Source: Octopus bimaculoides
Taxonomy: Eukaryota
Direction: 5' to 3'
DNA: 64,000 bases
Assembly (NCBI RefSeq): GCF_001194135.2
Contig: NC_068993.1
Location: forward strand, 41,249,608-41,313,607
The notes under the pieces: generated by a model
Database searches by the model: none
Seen by the model: the letters and a program-made list of their open reading frames with translations, nothing else
Told to the model about the DNA's origin: nothing
Program-made: the position numbers and the translations under genes
Part shown: positions 14,098-28,157 of the stretch, in pieces
Numbering within the stretch: position 1 is the stretch's first letter
Layout of the letters: the number at the start of each line of letters is the position of its first letter

Positions 14098-14270
14098 GAC
14101 AGCGAGCTGGTGGAATCGATAGATCGTCCGGAAAATGTGTTTTGTTGTGGCTATCTATGTTCTGAGTTCAAATTCCGTCAAGTGAACTTTGCCTTTCATC
14201 CTTATTAGAGTTGTTGAAAATAAAGTGCCAACCAGACAAGTACTGAGATTCTTGGTATAGACTGGGCATA
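14098..14270 (+). mobile_element. SINE family B
   Basis: GCGAGCTGGTGGAATCG...GTTCTGAGTTCAAATTCCGTC...ACTTTGCCTTTCATCC. Confidence 0.85.
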
Positions 14271-14527
14271 GGCAACTATTTTTCGAGAAGTAAGTCATGA
14301 GATATGAATTATCATTAGGCGGGTCGCAGTACAAAAACAATTCAAGTTAAGTTTTCTCGTTGGCCTGCCATTCAGAAAGTCTTGTGGGCCACACTTTGCT
14401 CAAGACCTGTATAGAATAATCCTCTTCTCTGAAAATTTCTGGCTTTCATAGTAAAATGGTTCCTGTATTGGGAACCATTTTACTATCAAAATGAAAAAAA
14501 AAGGCTTCAATATTCTTACTCACCTTC

Positions 14528-14720
14528 AAGGCAGCGAGCTGGCTGAATCATTAGCACGCCGGGCAAAATGCTTAGCGGGATTTCGTCTGTCCTTACGTTC
14601 TGAGTTCAAATTCTGCCGAGGTCGACTTTTCCTCTCATCCTTTTGAGGGTCAATAAAATAAGTACCTGTTGAGCTCTGGGGTTAATGCATTTAGCTAAAC
14701 CTTTCACTCGAAACTGCTGA
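14528..14720 (+). mobile_element. SINE family B
   Basis: AAGGCAGCGAGCTGGCTGAATCATTAGCACGCCGGGC...GAGTTCAAATTCTGCCGAGGTCGAC. Confidence 0.9.
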
Positions 14721-15758
14721 CCTTTTTACTCATCTTCTTTGATGCGTATTAGCTCAGAGTTGTCTTTCTTAGTATCTGCTACTGAGAAGAAATAACGTGT
14801 TTGAAATTCATCCATGAGCCCAATAAGAGGCGCTCTGAGTTGACGATGGTGTTTTAACAACTTTTTGTGCTAAGTGAAAATTTATTTTCTCCACAACGAA
14901 CTACAGTGGAAAAACCTTTACAAATATAACTCCAACTTACTTGACCTGGCCTTAAGATTATATTCTTTCCGCCAGAGCTTCTCACACCTACATAGAAACA
15001 AATATCTATTTGTTTAATTTTCTTTTGATAATAAGTCGAAGCCTAATTATAATCTACAATAATTCTCTAGATGCTTCACTGTTTTCCCAAATTGGCCATT
15101 TAAAAACCTAGAATTTTGTTCAGTTCCATTTATACGAAGAAGCATTGCTGTTACTTAACACTTACAGAAAAAAAGCAAGAAAACGAAAGAATATTTTATG
15201 GAGACAATAATTTGTCTTTTCTTAAAAATAGTTTTTTTAATTTTTTTATCATGGCTATTCTACTTTGGTTCCAATTTCCTTTTTCTGCAGATCAAAAGCA
15301 CTGCTTTGCGGACATTTACTATACTGATATAATTCTCGACATTCGACCGCATTAATCAACTTCTCACTCTCAAAGAAATAAACGATAAACAAAACTATTT
15401 GAAACTATATAAAAGAAATAAATAATAAATAAAAACAACCCTATCTCTATTTCCTGTTCGAAGCTTCAGATATCCCATCAGAAGACCACGTGACTTTCCT
15501 TTTGTTCGATGTTGTACTTAAATTATGTTGAACAAAAAAAAAATCAAAAAAACAAGAAAACAACAACAGTAGCTGTAACAACAGCAACAATAACAACAAT
15601 GGCAACGACCACAATAAATACAACAGCAATAAAGAGATTATTATATTGTCTTTTCTTCTTGAAGATGTAGCTCATTCACGAAGAACCGAAATAATGCTTT
15701 ACAATTTCCGTTGTGACATATATAACTCATATTCATACCACTGTGTTCATGTATGTGC

Positions 15759-15792
<34 letters not shown>

Positions 15793-16247
15793 NNNNNNNN
15801 NNNNNNNNNNNNNNNNNNNNNNNNNNNNNNNNNNNNNNNNNNNNNNNNNNNNNNNNNNNNNNNNNNNNNNNNNNNNNNNNNNNNNNNNNNNNNNNNNNNN
15901 NNNNNNNNNNNNNNNNNNNNNNNNNNNNNNNNNNNNNNNNNNNNNNNNNNNNNNNNNNNNNNNNNNNNNNNNNNNNNNNNNNNNNNNNNNNNNNNNNNNN
16001 NNNNNNNNNNNNNNNNNNNNNNNNNNNNNNNNNNNNNNNNNNNNNNNNNNNNNNNNNNNNNNNNNNNNNNNNNNNNNNNNNNNNNNNNNNNNNNNNNNNN
16101 NNNNNNNNNNNNNNNNNNNNNNNNNNNNNNNNNNNNNNNNNNNNNNNNNNNNNNNNNNNNNNNNNNNNNNNNNNNNNNNNNNNNNNNTACATATATATAT
16201 ATATATATGTTTATAGATGCATACATGTATGTATGTATGTATCTTTA

Positions 16248-16402
16248 AGCTTCATTTCATCTTTTACCTGTTTCAGTCACTAGATTGCGGCCATGCTGGG
16301 GTATCGCTTCAGGCAATATGGTCGATCGAATCGACCTCTGTACCTGTTTTTAAGGCTGGTACGTATTTTATCGCTGGCGATTGCAGGAACCGCTAAGTTA
16401 TA
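16248..16402 (-). mobile_element. SINE family A, 3' fragment
   Basis: CTTTTACCTGTTTCAGTCA...GCGGCCATGCTGG...GAACCGCTAAGTTA. Confidence 0.75.
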
Positions 16403-16453
16403 AATGACTATTTGTGTATGCGTGTGGGCGCGCGTGTAGTGAGATGAACAAAC

Positions 16454-16459
<6 letters not shown>

Positions 16460-16533
<74 letters not shown>

Positions 16534-16546
16534 GAAGAAAGAAAGA
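16460..16546. repeat. (GATA)/(GA)/(GAAA)n microsatellite
   Basis: Direct reading. Confidence 0.95.
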
Positions 16547-17237
16547 GCATCATATATCATTCCGGTGTATTGTGAAAAAATGTCAGCTTAACTAATCTTG
16601 GTCATGATAGTTTGTTTCATCGCAGCCCCATTAAACTAGACTTACGGAAAATGATGACCGCTTTGAACTATACAGCAAATTAGTTAACCGTTAGAATGTT
16701 GGACAGAATGCGTCAAGGTATTGGTTCCGAGACCCTGCAGTCTGAGTTCAAAGCCCAACGAGACCAATTTTGTCTTTTAGTTCTTTCGAAGTGATTTTAA
16801 AATAGTACGAAACCAGATCAGTGGATTTGGCAGAATTATTAGAAGTGGGCGGCCAAGTTGCTTTGTGCTATTTATTTCTCTTTCTTTTCTGACAGCATCA
16901 CTAGCACCGACACGGATGCTAGGATTTTATCAAGATTTTATCAACCTTCTTTGTTTTGCTTTGAGCTTCTCTTGGATAAAAATTAATAGTATGGAGCGAT
17001 GAGACTTGTATGTTTGAAAAACTGATTGTCATCCACAATATAAGCCTTACTCGGTCTTGCGTACAAAAATGCAGGTACATGCTAAAGCGTGACACGCGGA
17101 AGCGTTAGATCTTGTATTGAGCGCAGTAATGTAACAAAAACCATCATTAACTATATAATGGCCATAAATTACATTGTTGTCAGTCGTACAAGCATTATGA
17201 TGCTAATTTACATCAACGGTCACGAATAAGTGTCTTT

Positions 17238-17452
17238 AAGGCGGCGAACTAGCAGAATCGTTACCACGCCATAGTAAACGCTTAACGGAATGTCTTCTGG
17301 CTTTATGCTTCGAGATCAAATTCTACCAAGGGCGACTTTGGCTTTTATCCTTCAGGGGTTGATAAATACCGCTCAAGTATTGGAGTCAACGTAATCGACT
17401 AGTTTCCTCCCTAAAAATTTAAGGCCTTGTGCCTGTAGCAGAAGGAATTAAT
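17238..17452 (+). mobile_element. Full-length SINE family B
   Basis: AAGGCGGCGAACTAGCAGAATCG head through CCTTGTGCCTGTAGCAGAAGGAATTAAT tail. Confidence 0.88.
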
Positions 17453-17984
17453 AATTATCTTTGCCATGGATAAATACAAAGCCATTAACAAGAAACGAAT
17501 CGCCAACATGTCAACTTGTTGTCCGGAGCTGTAATGAAGCGATCGGCCGGTCGGCTGCAACTCTCCAAACAAAATACGGCCTTGTCTTTATCTTCTCCAC
17601 TCATTTCCAGTCGTAACATTTGTTTCAATGTGACTTCAATGTTCGAGCTGGTCGTTAAAATATTTCTTGGAATTGCTGTATTGGAATTTATCCGAAGATA
17701 ATTTAATGACTTTCAACACAACTTGACACTTATAATTTAGATTGATTATGTAAAAATATTCTCAATGCTAATCACCTTCCGGTTTCAGTATTCATCAATC
17801 ATTTAGGAAACAATACGTGTAATGTTGTTGTGAAAGGGAACGGAGATGCTGGGAGTCAACTCGGAAAGCAAGCCCATCTTGTAAAGTTTTGTAATCAACG
17901 AAATTTTACAGAAAATTTCCTTGATTACACTTGTTGCCAAGAAACATCACTAATATTTTATGTATGTACGTATATATATATATA

Positions 17985-18593
17985 GGAGTGGCTGTGTGGT
18001 AAGAAGCTTGCTTCCTAACCACATGGTTCCGGGTTCAGTCCCACTGCGTGGCGCTTTAGTCTACTATAGCCTTGGACCGACTAAAACCTTGTGAGTGGAT
18101 TTGGTTGACGGAAACTTAAAGAAGCCCTTCGAATATATATATATACACATATAAATATATATATGTATGTATATATGTATGTATGTACGTATGTATATAT
18201 NNNNNNNNNNNNNNNNNNNNNNNNNNNNNNNNNNNNNNNNNNNNNNNNNNNNNNNNNNNNNNNNNNNNNNNNNNNNNNNNNNNNNNNNNNNNNNNNNNNN
18301 NNNNNNNNNNNNNNNNNNNNNNNNNNNNNNNNNNNNNNNNNNNNNNNNNNNNNNNNNNNNTATATATATATATATATATGTATGAATGTATTTGTGTGTT
18401 TATGTCTGTCCCCCCACTATCGGTTTACAACCTATGTTAGTGCATTTACGCCCCCGTCAACTAGCAGTTCGGCAAAAGAGACCGATAAAATAAGTATTAG
18501 GCTTACAAAGTATAAGTCCTGGAGTCGATTTGTTCGACTAAAGGTTGTGCTCCAGCATGGCCGCAATCAGATGACTGAAACAATTAAAAGAAT
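17985..18593 (+). mobile_element. Full-length SINE family A with internal microsatellite (contains gap 18201-18360)
   Basis: GGAGTGGCTGTGTGGTAAG head, GAAGCCC then TA/TG repeats, then TGTCCCCCCAC...ATGACTGAAACAA tail. Confidence 0.9.
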
Positions 18594-18629
18594 ATGTATC
18601 CGTGTGTATGTATATGTAAAAACTCAACT

Positions 18630-18950
18630 CCGTCGGTTACGAATGACCATGGGTACACCTATGAGGTTTCCCTCCGGGGTACAAGTCCGGGCATAAAGTT
18701 GCGTCGCCGGCGAACGCATACCCTAGGGTTATTTTTATGGAAGAGCAGCATTCACTCATGCATACCAGCTTCCCCTCTCCACACTATCAATGTTGTCCAA
18801 GGGAAAGTCAAAAGCCAAGACAGCTTGGCACCAGTGACGTTGCAACTCATTTCTACAGCTCAGTGAACTGGAGCAGCGTGAAATAAAGTGTCTTGGTCAA
18901 GAACACAACATGCAGCCCGGTCCGGGAATCGAACTCACAACCTCACGATC
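18630..18950 (-). mobile_element. tRNA-derived SINE family C (CORE-like central domain), 5'-clipped
   Basis: Reverse reads GATCGTGAGG...TTCGATTCCCGGACCGGGCTGC...CTTGACCAAGACACTTTATTTCACGCTGCTCCAGTTCACTGAGCTGTAGAAATGAG; homologous to 30554-30898. Confidence 0.85.
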
Positions 18951-18954
18951 AAAT

Positions 18955-19397
18955 CAAATTCTTGATTGGGAAACCTCCAGACTCAAAAACGTCCACTGTC
19001 TGAAAATAACGCAAATCTGGATTCATCTGAGAAAATCAGTCTATCCCCAAATGAACTGGATTTTTCTGACATCTCCTTAGTCCATTTCTTTCTTTTCATG
19101 ATATTAATTGGTTGAAGGAGAGGTTTCTTCTAGCTGCTCGTCCATAATACCCAAGCTTATGCAGATGTGTAACACACGTTCTTGGACTAACTTCTATCTG
19201 TTTTGCAATGTCAGACGCCTTCGAACGGGGTTCGTTTTCCACAATTCTCTTCAAACAGCGAAGCTTCCTTTCCTAGAGCCAGGTCGGCCGGGACGAGAAT
19301 CTGTTGATTCTTTTCCTTGGCTTTTGAATTGCACTATAATTCTATTAACAGTAGCAAGATGAATTTGAAGATTTTCGGCAATTTTTCACTGGCTAAG
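18955..19397 (-). pseudogene. Tc1-family transposase fragment, frameshifted
   Basis: Manual translation: [20 protein letters not shown]...SRPGRP / [18 protein letters not shown]...LHKLGYYGRAARR / KPLL...KRKKW...LIFSDESRF...VWR; HTH, GRP and first catalytic D (FSDES) are typical of Tc1. Confidence 0.85.
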
Positions 19398-20136
19398 ANN
19401 NNNNNNNNNNNNNNNNNNNNNNNNNNNNNNNNNNNNNNNNNNNNNNNNNNNNNNNNNNNNNNNNNNNNNNNNNNNNNNNNNNNNNNNNNNNNNNNNNNNN
19501 NNNNNNNNNNNNNNNNNNNNNNNNNNNNNNNNNNNNNNNNNNNNNNNNNNNNNNNNNNNNNNNNNNNNNNNNNNNNNNNNNNNNNNNNNNNNNNNNNNNN
19601 NNNNNNNNNNNNNNNNNNNNNNNNNNNNNNNNNNNNNNNNNNNNNNNNNNNNNNNNNNNNNNNNNNNNNNNNNNNNNNNNNNNNNNNNNNNNNNNNNNNN
19701 NNNNNNNNNNNNNNNNNNNNNNNNNNNNNNNNNNNNNNNNNNNNNNNNNNNNNNNNNNNNNNNNNNNNNNNNNNNNNNNNNNNNNNNNNNNNNNNNNNNN
19801 NNNNNNNNNNNNNNNNNNNNNNNNNNNNNNNNNNNNNNNNNNNNNNNNNNNNNNNNNNNNNNNNNNNNNNNNNNNNNNNNNNNNNNNNNNNNNNNNNNNN
19901 NNNNNNNNNNNNNNNNNNNNNNNNNNNNNNNNNNNNNNNNNNNNNNNNNNNNNNNNNNNNNNNNNNNNNNNNNNNNNNNNNNNNNNNNNNNNNNNNNNNN
20001 NNNNNNNNNNNNNNNNNNNNNNNNNNNNNNNNNNNNNNNNNNNNNNNNNNNNNNNNNNNNNNNNNNNNNNNNNNNNNNNNNNNNNNNNNNNNNNNNNNNN
20101 NNNNNNNNNNNNNNNNNNNNNNNNNNNNNNNNNNNN

Positions 20137-20187
<51 letters not shown>

Positions 20188-20684
20188 TATACAAACAGAT
20201 AGTGCAAATATACGAATTTTCTATGATTTTGATGAGATTAACAAATCGAGGTTAACAAATCGTTCATCGATGTTTTTTGTCATTCTTATCGATTATTACA
20301 TTGGCACAACACAAAAATATAATGTGGGGGTTGGATTTCCGTCGTCAGACGACGAGGATTCAGTTTGTTCAGATGACGTATCTGCTCCTGTTTTAACATA
20401 CATGCAGCTGAACATTCTACGGAGAGGTATTTTTCACGTATTGAGAATCAGCATGATATTGTGCGTGAGAAGGATGTGACCTTTTGAAATACAGATAAAA
20501 TTCACCCGAGGAGCTCTTAAGCAATTTCCGTCAACTTCGTTTCGTTCAAAAGTTATGGGCCAGCCTGAAGTTATAGAAAATGACATTTGTCCAAGATGTA
20601 GCACAGTAAGATCGAACCGAATTTTCATTGTTGTGAAGCGAATTTCTGCATTGATACATAATCGAAATAATTCTTTCTCCTTTT

Positions 20685-21108
20685 GACATAAGGCCAGCAT
20701 TTTTGAGCAGAGGAAGCAGGGCGATTATATCGACCCCGATACTTGACTGATACTTATTTTATCGATTACGAAATGATGAAAGATAAAGCTGTCCTCGGCG
20801 AGATTTGAACTCAGAACGGAAGCGGAATATATGTTACTAAGCATCTTTTCCGATGTGCTAACGATTCTGCCAGCTCGCCACATTATACAATATCATATTA
20901 ATGTAATAATTCCTTAGACTATAGGCACGAGGCCTGAAATTTTGGAGGAGAGAGCTAGATAATTGCATCAACTCCAGTGCTACCGAACCCTAGAAGATGA
21001 AAGACGAAGTTGACCTCGGCTACATTTGAACTCCAGACAAAAAGACGGACGAAATGCTGCTGAGCATTTTGTCTAGCGTGCTAATGCTTGTGCCAGCTCA
21101 CTGCCTTA
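20685..21108 (-). mobile_element. Two tandem SINE family B copies (20685-20880, 20903-21108)
   Basis: Each has GACCTCGGC..ATTTGAACTC(C)AGA and ends TGCCAGCTC(G/A)C. Confidence 0.88.
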
Positions 21109-22606
21109 TGATAATGTAATAATATAGCTGCAAACCAATCAGAAAGTTGCTCGTGGTTGTTCGATTTCAAGGAAATGGTAATCAATTCGAATATGAGCCA
21201 CTCGAAAAGCCCAGATGATTGTTTCTTGAAAAGAAAGAAAAAAACTGTCAAGTACAAGTACTGTACTTAAGATGGTGAATGAAGTTTTTTTTATTCAGCT
21301 GAAATTATAAATGTAACGAGAAGGAAAACAAACCGTTAGCGTAAATGAAATTGTACATCAGGGGCAAAGGTGAGAGCTACAAATATATAACATTCAAACC
21401 TAAATAAGCAGTGAGAATTGCTATGATGAGGACTTCGGATATGTTCAACTTTATTAGACCTCATCAGCTGAAAATCGTCAGCATATAACAATTGGATCAC
21501 ATAACTTTATTACTTTTACTGTAAAAATAATTCACTACTTAGACAAATTAAGGACTTTGGAAAACTTGCTCTTAATTCTAATTAGTTTTCTTTTTATTAT
21601 GGGCATAATTTCAAGTGACTAGAATATATTTTCGACTCACTACCTTAAGTTTATAAACCCGTACTTAAATGCATATTATTTATGCAGAATACATACATGA
21701 AAAATGTTCCAAATGCCGTTATTTTAAATTGTCCCAATTAGAGACTCTGCTAAGTCTGTGTCTTTGGAGTCATGTGTTGGCTATGCTTCACTGAAGAGGT
21801 TTCATAAGGCAGAAGCATACCCGAAGTTGTCACCATATATTATGAAATGGCAGGCTAATATCACTTCCTGTGTATACATACATGTATGCAGGCTCGCACG
21901 CGCGCACGCACATACACTCACTCACACACACATACACACTCTCACACACACACACATGAATGTATCCATTTAATCTTTTTTCAATTGAAATTTTATAATT
22001 CACTTTATTTTTTAGATAAACTTTTCATTAAATAATATATTCTTCTCATTACAGGTTTCATTTCTGATGAATAGAAATTATTTTCGTCTCGCAACATTAA
22101 GTATGTTAGGCCACGCCTTACTAGATCTCTGCAGTGCAGAATGCACGGCAAGAAATATTTCCAGTATCATGAATATCAAATACTTACCTAATCGAATTCA
22201 TTAACAGTTAAAAGATTGTGGAAAAAGTCATTACATTTTCCAGTCCTTGTTGGAGTGTATCAAGTTGCGTCACTCATGCCAGCTATGCCAGAATCTCCAT
22301 TGCCTGACAGGTCAAAGGTTATAGGCCACACATTGACCACCTCTTCTAAGATATAAAAATGGCTTTGCGTAGTATCAACAACCCTACCGCAAATAAAACA
22401 GAGTTACAGACACATCGATTATAACTGAAAACCAACAAAATCTAAGACAAGAAGGCCTTCCTTCAGGGAAATATATGAGGTTTAGTTGAAAGCTGGGATC
22501 ATTTTCGAGAGAAGCACGGGGTCGAGAACAGTAAAGAAAAGTTATACTTATACTCTCTTGGGAACAAAGGACTTAAGGATGGAATTTGGAAGATAAGCTC
22601 TCTCTT

Positions 22607-23015
22607 TAACTCTTTACTCTTTTACTTGTTTCAGTCATTTTGACTGTGGCCATGCTGAAGCATTGCCTTTACTCGAGTAAATCGACCCCAGGACTTATTC
22701 TTTGGATGCCTAGTACTTATTCCATCGGTCTCTTTTGCCGAACCGCTACGTTACGGGGACGTAAACACACCACCATCGGTTGTCAAGCGATGTTGGGGGG
22801 ACAAACACATACACACATACACAGACATACATACATATATATACATATATACGACAGGCTTCTTTCAGTTTCCGTCTACCAAATCCACTCACAAGGCTTT
22901 GGTTGGCCCGAGGCTATAGAAGAAGACACTTGCCCAAGGTGCCACGCAGTGGGAATGAACCCGGAACCATGTGGTTGGTAAGCAAGCTACTTTCCACACA
23001 GCCACTCCTGCGCCT
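22607..23015 (-). mobile_element. Full-length SINE family A
   Basis: Complete head, internal (CATA)/(TA) repeat and (TAAAAGAG) tail in reverse; close match to 1371-1534. Confidence 0.93.
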
Positions 23016-23735
23016 ATAGCGTCTATTTTTTTAAAAATATTTACTGGTGTATAATATATTTATTTGAGCTGTGTATGATAACTAGTCACTGGATGTTATT
23101 TTTACCACATTGGCAACGATTGTTTCATTTTTGTACCACAAATACCAACAACGTCTACAAGTTTACAAGCATTGCTCTTCCTGACATTAGGAGTAAAACT
23201 GCAAAGGAGAATAACATTGCTGATATACATCAGGGATCGAAACCATATGCTCTAGACAGCTCCTCAAACATTAAACAAACTGTCAGAGCTTGACAAAAAT
23301 AAATAAACCCAACAGCTACATGCAAACAACTAACCACCCACCGTGGAGCTCTCTAAATAAACAAAGGTGCGGCGATTTCCGTGAAGAGATAAGCACACAA
23401 CGTTATCGCTACCATTAATACCAGTAGAACTTGCTCGCAATTTCATAAATACTATAGCTGCCATATTTATCACTGTGCATATTTACTTACATCTGTATCA
23501 AAGATGTGAATGTTTGTAAACTTGACTTCTGAATATCTATGTGTGATAAGGTGTATTGGAACAATCACTAGCCAGTTTTTTTTTTTTCCAGGGATTCGAT
23601 CACTACAGATGTAATATTGCGGTATCGAAGACATTAAGATTGCTTTCAGAAGTTGTCAGAAAATATTGGAACAAATATTCGAAATGTACGTAAAATCGAA
23701 TTATACAAACACACGCGCACACAAGCATGCACAGT

Positions 23736-23774
<39 letters not shown>

Positions 23775-24314
23775 GCACAAACACGCACACACAAACACAA
23801 ACAAACACAAACACACATACACTCACACAGATTGATGTATATATATATATATCTATGCATATGAATACATATGAGTCTATATGTGAGTATAAATACATAT
23901 ACATATTTATATTCCTGTAAGTGTATCAATCGCATACACACACACAGACACACACGCACACACACACAGTGTTTCCTTGAAGCAGAAAACCTTCTCAAAG
24001 TGTTACTCAAAGCTTCACGTAACAGATCATCAGACAGCAGGCTGATAACCGGTTACGTGAAACTCCTGAATAGTCATAATCAACAGTGAAAAATGGTCGA
24101 ATGTCTTCGTCACTAGAGGACAGCTGTAGACGAATGCTTCAGCCTCAGTTGGCGTCATCATCGCAACAGTTGTGTTACGAAACCAAAAACAAAAACAAGG
24201 GGGAAAATTTATGATCTAGAGTAACTTGCAATATTATAACAAAAATGAGTTTCGAGAAATAAGTAAGCAAATGCTTGATTTGGAACAAGGTCGTGTGAAC
24301 ATATATTGAATACT

Positions 24315-24375
<61 letters not shown>

Positions 24376-24498
24376 ATATATATTTATCTGTTTCTCGCTC
24401 TCTCTCTAATTCTCTCTCTTTATATATCTCTCTCCTTACATATATATGTGTGCATATGTGCCCCTTTCTGCATATATGGATTAGTATACATATGTATG

Positions 24499-24553
<55 letters not shown>

Positions 24554-25918
24554 GTATGTATGTATGTATATATGTATATATGTACGTACGTACATAATAT
24601 CGTATGTAAGTATGTATTTATGCATGCAGGTATGGATGGATGGATGGATGTATATTGAGCAGTGTTCAAATAAACAACGAGAAATGGAAATGAATTCTTA
24701 AAGGATATAAATTTTGGAAAAAGTTAAAGGAAGGAAAAAAAAAAAAAAAAAATAATAATAGCAGAGAGAAAAAAATAACGTAAATAGAATTTAAGAGGAG
24801 AATATTGCATCATTGAAGAGAACTAGCTGAATATAAGAGCAAAAACTTAAATAAGTAATAAATGCTTATCCATAAGATAAAACAGAACAAAAAATTGCAG
24901 GACGAACAACGACAAAAAANNNNNNNNNNNNNNNNNNNNNNNNNNNNNNNNNNNNNNNNNNNNNNNNNNNNNNNNNNNNNNNNNNNNNNNNNNNNNNNNN
25001 NNNNNNNNNNNNNNNNNNNNNNNNNNNNNNNNNNNNNNNNNNNNNNNNNNNNNNNNNNNNNNNNNNNNNNNNNNNNNNNNNNNNNNNNNNNNNNNNNNNN
25101 TATATATATAAATGTATGCATGTATATATGTATATGTATATATATTTATGGAAGAAAGCCCATGACACTGGAGTCGCCACTACTACTAGCAAGAAGAGCA
25201 GAACTGTCGCCACTACTACTAGTATTACTATCACAAACACATCCCACGATGATCATAACTAACGAACAAAAACGATGCAAGTGCAGAGAACGAAGAAGAT
25301 TAAGAAAAAAAATAAATTCAAAAAACTCTATGTAAACGCAGAGAAAACGTTATTGCAGTAACAGGAAAGCCTCAGGCAAAATGCATCAGAAATTTAAGTA
25401 TAAACAACGTCGCATTCACGCCCATATACATAAGTATACACAAACACACACACACACACACGCACACAAACACACACACACATACACACATATGCTCACA
25501 CACACACACATGCTCACACACAAACACACATACGCCTATGTAAACATTTATACATGCGCAATTATATGTGTGGGTATGTGTAAGCATGTGGAAGCACACG
25601 AATCAATATATAAATAGAAACACATATATAATGCAGACCCACAGAAGCACAGGTATATGCAAAATCTAGGATATTAGCATATCAAGATATCCATACGCAT
25701 AAGCGTACACACACGCGCACACGCACTCATATACACACGTGCATAGACACACACATATATATATAGACTTTTATGTCCATATGAATATACGCGCAGATTT
25801 CCATAAAATCCTACGCAGAACACACAGAGCCAAACAGACGCACACACATACATACAGACACACACATACACACGCACAGACGCATATATATATATATATA
25901 TATATATANNNNNNNNNN

Positions 25919-25979
<61 letters not shown>

Positions 25980-27190
25980 CATTATATATATATAAAATAT
26001 GGATAACAGTTTAACATACACTAGCATATAGATGCATACATACACGCAAACACACACAGACGGTCATACACATACACACAGACACACATATGTACATATG
26101 TGCATACACGGTGTACGTGTGTGGGCTTATGTGATTTGCATGAGTGTGAATATTTGTGCATGATTGTGTGTGTATATATCTATGGATACATTGACGACCT
26201 TTTGAATAGTTTTAAGAAAACTAAATTGAAAAACAAATTCTGAGCAAAAACATAAATATTAGTATGTAAATATTTTCTCGAGATTCGTTATTCATAGATG
26301 CTTACATAAATATAACACACACACACACACATACACACACCCACACACACACACACACACACACACATATGGACAAACATATATGCATACATGAATATAT
26401 GCACACAGTTCCATAAAGTACTTTGAAAATACAGATGCACACACACCACACACATAGACGTATGCGGAACTACACACAAACACACACACATGCATATATN
26501 NNNNNNNNNNNNNNNNNNNNNNNNNNNNNNNNNNNNNNNNNNNNNNNNNNNNNNNNNNNNNNNNNNNNNNNNNNNNNNNNNNNNNNNNNNNNNNNNNNNN
26601 NNNNNNNNNNNNNNNNNNNNNNNNNNNNNNNNNNNNNNNNNNNNNNNNNNNNNNNNNNNNNNNNNNNNNNNNNNNNNNNNNNNNNNNNNNNNNNNNNNNN
26701 NNNNNNNNNNNNNNNNNNNNNNNNNNNNNNNNNNNNNNNNNNNNNNNNNNNNNNNNNNNNNNNNNNNNNNNNNNNNNNNNNNNNNNNNNNNNNNNNNNNN
26801 NNNNNNNNNNNNNNNNNNNNNNNNNNNNNNNNNNNNNNNNNNNNNNNNNNNNNNNNNNNNNNNNNNNNNNNNNNNNNNNNNNNNNNNNNNNNNNNNNNNN
26901 NNNNNNNNNNNNNNNNNNNNNNNNNNNNNNNNNNNNNNNNNNNNNNNNNNNNNNNNNNNNNNNNNNNNNNNNNNNNNNNNNNNNNNNNNNNNNNNNNNNN
27001 NNNNNNNNNNNNNNNNNNNNNNNNNNNNNNNNNNNNNNNNNNNNNNNNNNNNNNNNNNNNNNNNNNNNNNNNNNNNNNNNNNNNNNNNNNNNNNNNNNNN
27101 NNNNNNNNNNNNNNNNNNNNNNNNNNNNNNNNNNNNNNNNNNNNNNNNNNNNNNNNNNNNNNNNNNATATATATATATATATGTATGTAT

Positions 27191-27250
27191 TAGGTAGGTA
27201 GGTAGGTAGGTAGGTAGGTAGGTAGGTAGGTAGGTAGGTAGGTAGGTAGG
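27191..27250. repeat. (TAGG)n microsatellite
   Basis: Direct reading. Confidence 0.95.
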
Positions 27251-27611
27251 TACGTTTGTATGTATGCAGGTGTATATAAATATAACTGTCTATATACATG
27301 TAGTCAATGCATATATGCTGAAATTTGCCCAAGTTTTTGTTTGTTGTGCGAGATAGGACGAGAGATATATGTAGTATGCTCGTCTGTGTGAATGATAAAG
27401 TCTCTTTGCTTGGTCAGTACCGTCACTTTGACTAGCATTGGGACAGCCACGTAGATTTTCTGGCTATCAGAAAAGAAAGAAAGGTAAACCCGAGAGAAGA
27501 AGCTGAATGCTAAATTATATGCTTTCTTGCAGTCTTAAGAATGAGATGAATATATTTCGAAGATCTTGAAGACTTTTTGTTTTTCATGCCTGAAAGTTAG
27601 ATTATATTCTA

Positions 27612-28157
<546 letters not shown>

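Noticed and set aside
14730-14869. AG/GT-bounded 46-codon open frame on the minus strand (HKKLLKHHRQLRAPLIGLMDEF...)
   Set aside because: Weak splice signals, no homology recognised, no partner exons
20270-20700. Short ORFs on both strands in a complex patch
   Set aside because: No motif support
27300-27480. Two open minus-strand frames after a pyrimidine-rich AG
   Set aside because: No recognisable protein and no donor site
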